Shown piece after piece: positions 27,679 through 64,000 of a stretch of DNA of 64,000 nucleotides (positions are counted from its first letter, which is position 1; each line of letters begins with the position of its first letter). The stretch lies in contig JAQGDQ010000005.1 of assembly GCA_030141605.1 (NCBI GenBank), positions 1,550,180 to 1,614,179 on the forward strand, read 5' to 3'. This DNA comes from Tubiluchus corallicola (taxonomy: Eukaryota > Animalia > Priapulida). The notes under the pieces were generated by a model. That model searched no databases. It was not told the origin of the DNA and was given only the letters and a program-made list of their open reading frames with translations. The position numbers and the translations under genes are program-made.

Positions 27679-30019
27679 CAGAATGATTGAAAAATGCTTT
27701 ACAAGATGTACCTCTGTATTTGCCAGAGGGCATATTGCCATCTGGTAGCTTTTGCACTAAAACAGTAAGGATGGCATATTTTTTTCAGGCAGCTTCTAAG
27801 TATTTGGTAATTTTAGTAAAATAATAGCTTCACATAAGTATGCAGCAGTGTCTTAAATGCTTGCTATAAAAGGATTATTACTGGATTTAAAATTTTAATG
27901 TTCTCTGTTTCTTAGCATTAAGATAATGTTTTTATGGTTTAAAACCCGTAAAAAGTAATATATTCTGAGCCAAACATCTGAATGGTCATGGCATGTGCGA
28001 TGTGCATAGCAATCAAAATTATAAAAATTGAGTAAGCTGCTGTAAAAACATTATCTGTGTAATTTCATCAACCATACTGCCTTTGTTTATTTTGCATAGG
28101 GAAAAGGTACATACCTTTAACTGTGGCTAAGACATGTCTGCTGATTCCCCGATTCCTTTATAATGAGCTATGTTCCATAACTCCCATTTATTATAATTAT
28201 TTCTTACACTTCATGGGTGAAATACGGGCACAGAATAAAACTCAAGGGAATCACACAAAATTTGAATTGGATGATCTTGGAGTGAATATAGAGATTCAGT
28301 ATTATAGCATTGAACATGGCACCTCTTCTGTACGGGCCAGTTTTGTCATGTTATTTGAACTTCATGTAAAAGTTCATGCATGCGTACCTCATAGTTTACA
28401 GTTTTATGTGACACTTCTGTGTGTGCTGTATTTTTAATTAACTACTCTCCTGATGATGGTCTTACAGCAGAATATTTCAACTAAAGTATCAACCTGCTAT
28501 TTTGTGTAAGTATTACTTTGGCTCAGTTAAATGTATCTGAAGGTTTGTGTGCAGGGGAAAAGTTAGTTTTTATAAACAATATTCATTGATAGTGTGGGTT
28601 ATTTTGATTTCTTTTATAAACAATATTCATTAATAGGGTGGGTTATTTATCAAACTAACATCAGTTAAGTTAACTAACATCAATAAAGAAACTGCCATAT
28701 AAGAAAGTGATCATGAGATGGAGACATCTTAATCAGTTAGCTGAAATGTTTAGTTGCTGTGTTTTGACTTTACGGCCCAGTCATGATGACGGTCTTACAT
28801 GATCTTACAGCTAAAAACTTTCGAAAAAAACATCTACCTGTAAGAACTGTTATTATTAAATAAGTAATTATGTTATTAGGGATTATTAATTAAATAAATA
28901 ATCAGTAAAATATTATTAATCTAGAATTTTGTTAGTTATTATAACCCATAAGACAAATGTTATTTTCTGCACAACTGTGTTATTATGTTTTAACATCTGA
29001 TTTTTGTGAAATTCATTTTCAGGTTGACTTGAAATAATAGACGTTTATAATATGATTATTTGTTCATTGTTTACGTTAACAGCGTTTTGGGCATAATGTA
29101 TCACTAAGCCAAGTTTGTTTGCCTTTTTGTTGGAGATGTACTGCCATGCTCCATGTATTATAATTAAATTTATATAAAGAAAGACTTGCTTTTGTGACTG
29201 TGATATGAGGACAAACTGTCGTTTGATCACCAATGTTATTGTATTATAATATTTTGTTACTGTAAACTGTATTGAAGTATATTGTGTTATAGATATAATT
29301 TGATTTTGTTTGCTGGTCACTAGACAATTTATAGAACATTACAAGTTATGGGAATTTGTGTTAACTCACTATGCTACTGGAAATCCCTGGTGATACATCT
29401 AGTAATAACAACTCACATTGTAGAAAAAATATTCACAATTCTCAGCCTTCCAAAAGAAATTACCACACTTTTTGTGTATAAGCACAAATTGCAGGAGTGT
29501 TACAAAGTACATTAATTTTAAACACAATCACACCACCTTTAACCACATGCAAAATAGGTTTTAGTAATTGTGCCTGGAGCTGCTAAGTTTAACGTTGCCA
29601 TTATTACTGTAATGCATTATGCACTTCGGTCTTGCATTACTGTGATGATTCTGTCTTTTTAAGACTATTTGTGCAATTGCAGTGCATTAGTGATGCCACA
29701 CGTGAATAAATGTATGCAAAATGTTCTTGCTCAATAAAGTTATTTCCGTATTTAACAAATTCATGTCTGTTTTTGTTTATCTGCACAAGGAGTTTGGCTT
29801 TTGCATACTTGGCACTTTTTTCAGTATGCAGATTACAAAAATTTCCTCTTGACGTCTAAAATCTCTGCAAAGCATGTGTGTATGCTCGAGCATTTCAATT
29901 TGGTAGGTTACCTAATTAGTAAATTCTAACCAACTGCAAACTGGCCTCGCTTTAATAGATCACCCAACAACTACTACGACTAGTGCTGTGGAGCAATGAT
30001 GTTAACACTAACTTCAGAA

Positions 30020-30583
30020 TCTTAAACTGTAGGTCAAAACAATCTACTCCTTAAAATCTTAAAAAAATCATACTTTTTTCAAGCATGCCTTGCGTGAAAG
30101 AATTATTACCGCACAAATGCAATTTCGCATTTGCGCCACTAGCTCTTCACTGTTACATGCATTTCGCCATTCACTAGCTAGATGGGCTAAAGTGTCTGCA
30201 TTTCGAAAAAGCGTAGCACAAAAAACAGGTACTGTACCTCTCAGTTCAGATGTGTTAGTTTCTGACGTACTTCATACGTTCAACAGCTCATGCGTTAGCA
30301 CAGCGGTAATTTAAAATTTGAATTTTTATCTTAAAACTTGCCTAGTTTTAGTACAATAAACTAAATATCTTACAGCAGTACTGTAATGTTTGAATTTTCT
30401 TTTTCGCAAACACGTTTGTGGAATATTTCCCTGCTAGTTTGTGATGTCATCAATGGTTGGACTCGCCTGCCATTAATTAGTTTTAAATCTATTATTTAAT
30501 TACCAGAAATGCTTTTGCAATATTAATTGTGTTAAAATGTATTCTTTTTATCGGACTTGAAAATGGGGTAGTACTGTCTTCCT
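30020..30583. mobile_element. Kolobok-like non-autonomous element, left-truncated copy
   Basis: Collinear with 42321-42908 (AAAACAATCTACTC, ATGCAATTTCGCATTTGCG, TGTACCTCTCAGTTCAGA, TGATGTCATC); ends TTCCT|TTAA. Confidence 0.7.
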
Positions 30584-31133
30584 TTAAGAGTTAGAATTCA
30601 TCAGGGTGGATAACATTTCTTTGAGTAATGGCTATCATTAAATGAAAGCTATAAAATAGTACCCGCGTGCTAGCAATAATTACATTTAGAACAGTCAGAC
30701 TTAAAACTAGTGACAAAAGACACGAAACAGTAATTTTTACATAATGTGCATTACTTTGTTTCCCTCTTAACATCACCTGTTTTGAAAAAATAACACCTAA
30801 GTTGATCATATCCCCACAAAAGCAACCATTACGAAACTACAGGACACGCCGAGTCCTAATAAATAACATGCATGTACAAGATAAGATACTGAGTGAATAC
30901 TCCCCAACAAATGAAATTATATGGCATTCCTTCAAGACTTTAAACAAACCCTCAAAATAATAAAAGTAATAATAAAATATTTTGTATGTTAGCGACATTG
31001 CTGTAAATGAAAAAAAGACAAACGATAAAAATGTAACTAGAGGCAAAATTAGATCGATTTTCATCAGATCTGAATCGTCTGTACAGATAATACTTCTTTA
31101 AATGTGTATTAGATAAGCCTCTTTAACAATTAA

Positions 31134-39401
<8,268 letters not shown>

Positions 39402-40648
39402 AGATTATTATTTACACACATCAATGACACTAATTCTTAATGTGCGAATAAAACCACAGAATGTGGATTAAGAAAACCTAAACCCTGAAAACCTTAAACC
39501 ACCAAAAACAACTCAATCTTGCTCAATTTTGTGGCACACTGGCATACTGGCCGTATTTCGCCGAGTGGTGCGGTGCACAATACAGCTCTCGTATTCGCAA
39601 TTTGGCCATGCAGTATCATTGACAATATATATATATAATCGAACCATAGATGTGTTATGGTCAACTCATAGAAATTAATGAAACCAAATTTTGAATAGAC
39701 ATCGATCATCATAGGCATTACCATTTATCAGAGCATTCCACCCATTCCATCTGTAGCTAACAGCATAAGTTCTTTTGTTTCTAAAGATTTGAAGATTGTC
39801 ATTTATCTTAGCTCAGCTAATATTATAATAATACAGTAGTATCCAAGTTTTTTTGGTTTGCCAAGTCTGGTATTTCATTCAGTATTCCGAAAAAGTGCCC
39901 TAACCTTCTTAATTTTCGGAAATTGGCTTTCGAAGGTCTTTTATTTTAGTATATAAATCTTTATTTTTGATCACGAATAGCCATCTTATCTTTAAAAGTT
40001 TATTTACTAGATTTCTATGAACTGTGTGTCGATTTGTTTCTCGAATAATCATTATTAACATCTCTTGCGATTTAGTACTATAAACTTAATGCTTTTATAA
40101 TATTTATTCAGAATTATCAACGAAATTTACAAAACAAACATTACTTTATTATATACATAGTAATTTAGTTTTATATTTATTTTTATGAAGTGTGGATATA
40201 ATAAATAAATTACTTTAGCATATTTACTACACTGATTTACCATTGACTGCACTGTTGAACATATCGCTTTTACCTGCTACTTGAAAGGAACTGCCATCAT
40301 CGGATTTCCACTAATTCCATTTATGTGCAACCATTACAATGGTCATCAGTATCATTAATAACTGGTATCAACCACCATTATTGTTGCCAGCAGTAAGCCA
40401 GTGACCATAACTGTTAATATTTCGTTATTACTACTAAAATAATATAATCGTTATTATTTGTTATTATTCTCATTTTTGTTATAATTATAGTGTTGCCATG
40501 AATTACTCAAATTATTACTATTGCATACGTTAACTGTGGCTAGCGCACTAAGGTCCATACCCTAGGTAACTGTTTTGTAGTCACAACGCAGTGCAGAATG
40601 TAAGCAGCAGTGCTTCAGCGGTTCATTAGTAACGGCATTCAGAGAAAT

Positions 40649-40989
40649 TATGGAGTAAGAAATTACAAATAACTAACTTAACCACAATTGTTAGTTATTA
40701 GCACATCACACTCAGAAAAGATAACTTGATTTAAATTAATGGGATAACGTATGTCCTGCATCTACTACGTACAATCACATCTTCCATAAATCAACTATAA
40801 AGGTGAGTAAGCTGGTATAATTATAAAATTATATAAGTAACTTTATAAAAAAAACAGTTTTTCAATAAAATTACTAGAGTTCAGACCAAGTGCTCAATCT
40901 CATCACTCCTTATAATGCAAAACAAAACTATTTTTGACATGCAACAGAAGTCATTACAAAAGCTCCCAATAAGTTCAGGTGTGAAACAA
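40649..40989. repeat. Left arm of long inverted repeat
   Basis: Reverse complement aligns to 41829-42280, roughly 85% by eye. Confidence 0.9.
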
Positions 40990-41084
40990 GCGGCAGAACA
41001 TTTGGTGGCAACAAAAATTAACAAGCAACTTTTTTTTGCAACAGTTAGATATTATGGTTTACAGTTTGCAGAATGCCTAACAAT

Positions 41085-41474
41085 TAGGAGTGAGCATCGA
41101 ACGTTTGAATTCGATTAGAACGAGTTTTTTTAGTTCAAATTCGATTCGAACCTAAAATTATAAATTCGAATAATTCAGCACATCAGCCACGTGTGTTCCT
41201 TATCATTAAAATGTTTGAAACAGCATGCAATTAGCACAATTTAGCTGCAGTTTCTGAGTAAAATTTTTAATAAACTGATAGTGGTTTTTACTGCAAAAAA
41301 ATGAAGTACTATGCATGGTTTTTGTAAGATCACTGTTTACTAGTGCTTCGAAAACTTGTTTGAAAATCTTTCGAACTCAATTCGGATTCGAAATACTGAA
41401 ATTCGGTTCGATTCGAATGCGAAAGTCACAAATTTGATTCAAATTCACTTTCTAGTACAGGATGCTCACCCCTA
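41085..41474. mobile_element. hAT-type MITE with 8-bp TSD
   Basis: TIRs TAGGAGTGAGCATC / GATGCTCACCCCTA; flanks CTAACAAT / CTAAAAAT (7/8); TTCGA-rich sub-terminal repeats. Confidence 0.85.
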
Positions 41475-41619
41475 CTAAAAATAAATGCAGCAGTTAACTA
41501 TAAATAACCATAATGCACATAATTTCAATATTAAAATTATAAAGAACTAGAAATTATTGTGTAAGCTATTATTGTGCTGTCTCTCTAAGCTTATGAAATA
41601 GTTACTTATTTACTATTAC

Positions 41620-41774
41620 TCTCCTCTCTACTCTAGGCTGACCCTCTGGCCCTTCATGTCTTGAATATGCCTGGATCACGTGATATACCGGCTGAATACC
41701 ACACCCCGGTGATTCAATATCGATCGATTCTGTTGGCAGCCATTGCAGGGCGTCGTTTCATGTGTTGTATTTCG
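41620..41774 (+). promoter_or_regulatory. Putative alpha-spectrin promoter and non-coding first exon
   Basis: CpG-rich patch, E-box TCACGTGA (41676-41683), DRE-like TATCGAT, GCCATT, consensus donor G|GTAAGT at 41774/41775; acceptor at 44945 precedes the ATG at 44959. Confidence 0.55.
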
Positions 41775-41828
41775 GTAAGTGTATTGCATTTTACCGCTTA
41801 GTTTATGTAGTTTTTCTTTTTAATAACA

Positions 41829-42280
41829 TTGTTTCACAGCTGGACTTATTGGGAACTCTTGTAATGACTTCTGTTGCATGTCGAAAACAGTTTTGTTTTG
41901 CATTAAGGAGTGATGAGTTTGGGCACTTCCTGTATGGGCTGCACTCTAATAATTTTATTGAATATCTGTTTTTTTTTGATAAAGTTACTCATATAACTTT
42001 ATAATTATACCTGCCTAGTCACCTTTATAGTTGATTTATGGAGAATTAGTCAAGTTACATCTGATGTGGCTTTAATGAGTAGTGTTATGTTCTTCTAATT
42101 AGACACTGGGTAAGTGTGCAGTGCTAATGAGCTCAAAGATGTGATTGTACGTAGTAGACGTTGGACATACGTTATCCCATTGATTTAAATCAATTTGTCT
42201 TTTCTGAGTGTGATGTGCTAATAACTAACAGTTGTGATTAACTTAGTTATTAGTTTATTAGTAATATCCTACTTCACATA
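41829..42280. repeat. Right arm of long inverted repeat
   Basis: Inverted copy of 40649-40989 with ~95 extra bp at about 42043-42136. Confidence 0.9.
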
Positions 42281-42302
42281 CATAAAATCAAAATATATTT
42301 AA

Positions 42303-42908
42303 AGGAAAACGCACTCAACCTTAAACTATAGACCAAAACAATCTACTCTAAAGAATATTAAAATGTAATATATTATTTTTTCAAGAATGACTTAGGTGAA
42401 AGAAGTATTGCTACGTAAATGCAATTTCGCATTTGCGAAGCTCGTTCTTCGCTGTTACATGCATTTCGCCATTTGTTAGATGGGCACTAGCGCTTACCTC
42501 TCAGAAATCCATTTCACAATAAACAGTGCTGTACCTCTCAGTTCAGAGATGTTCAGTTGTAATGTAGTGTACACATTCAAGTGCTCATGCGTGAACATAG
42601 CATTAAACTTGAAATTTGAATTTTAAACTTAAAATTTGTGGAGTTTTTGTGTATCACACTCAGTGTTATACAAGCATTTTTGCTTGAAATCAAAAACACA
42701 TTTGCAGCATGTTCATTGAATGTTTGTACTGTTGAAAATTATGTTCAGTTCTGATGTCATCACTAGTTAGGCTCACCTGTCATTAATTAAGTTTTTAACC
42801 TACCATCTTATTATCAGAAATGCTTTCGCATTATTATAGGTGTTAAAATGTATACTTTAATCTATACTTCAAAGTGTTGTATGGCATGAAAAATCATCAC
42901 GTTTTCCT
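42303..42908. mobile_element. Kolobok-like non-autonomous element, full length
   Basis: TTAA|AGGAAAACG...CGTTTTCCT|TTAA; second copy at 30020-30583. Confidence 0.8.
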
Positions 42909-43080
42909 TTAACAACCGAGAGAAAAATAACAAAACTTTAATTTTAAACATTTGATATTACAAATTTAAAAACAACAACTTGCAAATGTAGCAGAAAAAG
43001 TACACAGTTAGCTTTGGACCAAAAAACTCTGTAGAAATGCAGATGAGAGAGGAACGCGTGTATGTAAAAACCAGTTCTGG

Positions 43081-44695
43081 TGTAACAGCCACTCCAGAAT
43101 ATACCCGGGTATAGTTCAGCCTAGCCCAGAATAAACCCCAGGGTGTAATTTGGCCTAGCTTACTTTATACCCTTAGACATAAAGTAGCCTGGTCCGAAGT
43201 ATACCTTCCTATGCCAGTTTAAACCCCTTTCAAAATCAATAATAAAACTAATAAATAAAGCCAGTCAGGTTTTAAGTTAGAAACATATATTGCTATGACT
43301 TAAAAATATGAATACGGAGTGGTGTATTATATATGATAATCAGTGATTGGTTTCTAACACGAGTCTTGCATGCAATTGTTTGTCAAAAGTGATACTAGAA
43401 TGTTACAAAGAATTAATTGGGTAAAAATAGCAGCTTTTAATATTGATCTGAACATAGCCTTTTTACTTGAAGTATTGCAGAAACGCCGTTTTCCGACAGT
43501 TATGAATTACTCCATTATAAAACTTGAATATTTTCATGTGAAATAATAAGGACCCTTAGCAAACAACATTAAACTTATAACTTTCAGGATTCCCGCTCAT
43601 TACATCATCTACTTTTGTGTTCGTTAATGGGATTCGTTAATGGGCTGCCTTTGGCCTTAAATTGGAGGAATCAGTTAATCTTGGTCTTACATCCCAAACG
43701 TCTTTTTAATACCAAAAGAGATAGTAATTGCTATTTTCGAGCAGTCAGTTACATTTTGACAGGATCTGAAAACAGCCATGCTGTCATCAGAGATGCTGTT
43801 GTACAGCACATGAACAGTGATATCACTGAAAAGCTACAAAAGTACTTAAATGAAAATGTTGCAGAGTACACAGAGTGTTCTAGGATGTTTCAAGATGGAG
43901 TTTGGGCAACTGATGCAGAGATAGTGGGCACAGCTAGTTTATTGGGTTGTGACATTATAGTGTCTAGTAAATGTGGACAGTCCAATGAATAGTTGACATC
44001 TCCACCAAGTTTTCAATTAAGTTCCACTTCAGAACATGCTTTTTACCTCACAAATCTTTCTTGGCATTTAAATGTTGTTTTAATTGTTTCTACTGAATTT
44101 AAATGGATTTCCAACTTAAAAGAAATTTGAGTCTATAAAAACATCTAATTTTTTCTGCTTTGAAGTTGTAAATACTATTAATATGGACTGTTGCCATGAC
44201 TATGTAATATTGTATAATGTCCACTTCAGATACAGAGAGCTGAACTCAATTATTGTATAATTATAATGGTAACTATCATGTAACATGTAACTATCAATGA
44301 ATGTACATTAATGTTAATATTCGTGTAGATAAGCTTTTTGTTGTTCGGTGCTGCATAAAACAAGTCTTTCGTTAATACAGATGTTGAATTATTTTGTATT
44401 TACACTCCTAGAATTACATTTGATACACTATGTGGGATAATGGGCAATACCACATTATTAGCAAAAATATAAAAATAATAAATAATAATAATAATAATAA
44501 TAAAAGTAAGATAATAATAATAAAACGAGTAAATAATAATAAGCTCTTTGATTTAGAAAATGAGGGGTATATTCTGGACACTGGGTATATTCTAGTCTAG
44601 CCCACTTTATAGCCAAGGATGTATACTGGCCTAGTCCAAACTATACCATGGGTATTAAACAGCCTAGCCTGGAATAACCCCGGGTACACTCTGGA
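43081..44695 (+). mobile_element. Ginger1-like DNA transposon derivative with long repetitive TIRs
   Basis: Starts CTGG|TGTAAC; ~130-bp inverted ends (TCCAGAATATACCCGGG / CCCGGGTACACTCTGGA) built from GCCTAGYCCA and TATACCC units; carries an OTU fragment; no integrase seen. Confidence 0.6.
43615..44085 (+). pseudogene. OTU-family cysteine protease domain fragment (TE cargo)
   Basis: DSNCYFRAVSYILTGSENSHAVIR...GVWATDAEI...LLGCDIIV; reading through the TAG at 43990-43992 gives FYLTNLSWHLNVV containing the expected catalytic His. Confidence 0.8.
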
Positions 44696-44958
44696 CATAG
44701 AACATGAATGATCATTGTAAGGTCCATTACATTTTACTTAGCTTTCAACATTTTTCACACCAGTTTTTAAGATTAAAATATATTTTAGCAAGGATATAAT
44801 GGATTTTTCATCTGGTTATATGAATACTAGCTGCTATATACAGCATTTACATGTATCACTCTGGGTATGTGCTTAAATCTGTGTATGTTCATAAAACTGT
44901 TTAACTTGATTTTGCATTCTTATAACATTTTTGTTCATTTTTTAGATATTTTCCGAAT

Positions 44959-63891
<18,933 letters not shown>

Positions 63892-64000
63892 GTATTTAAC
63901 TCGCTTAAGTTTTGGTCTCGTGTTTCTTGTGCTTAAATTTTGGGGCAATATTGTTTAATCTTTTCAAAATAGAAATGACACTTATTTGTGTTATACTGTT

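Noticed and set aside
28451-28540. C/D box snoRNA (TGATGA...CTGA)
   Set aside because: No terminal stem or recognisable rRNA guide, not intronic, and the motif recurs as part of a local repeat.

Overview
AT-rich, intron-dense animal (invertebrate-like) genomic DNA, not prokaryotic. Four recognisable spliced genes were assembled by hand from GT/AG boundaries: POLR3E/RPC5 (+, 5' end outside the window, stop at 9592), an RNF216/TRIAD3-type RBR E3 ligase (+, 14128-27678), SURF4 (-, 39401-31134) and alpha-spectrin (+, from 44959, running off the right edge). Between POLR3E and RNF216 lies an unidentified multi-exon gene on the minus strand with in-frame stops; it appears to overlap the RNF216 promoter. 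Introns carry many non-autonomous DNA elements (TA-, TTAA- and 8-bp-TSD MITEs, a Helentron-like element, a Ginger1-like element with an OTU fragment) and LINE fragments. Best leads: a long inverted repeat enclosing the alpha-spectrin promoter/first exon; candidate 15-nt and 39-nt cassette exons in alpha-spectrin with RBFOX/QKI-type motifs; the decayed antisense gene; a tRNA-derived palindrome; and two degenerate hammerhead-like motifs. All calls are by eye and from remembered protein families; no database searches were run, and TE family names are inferred from termini only.
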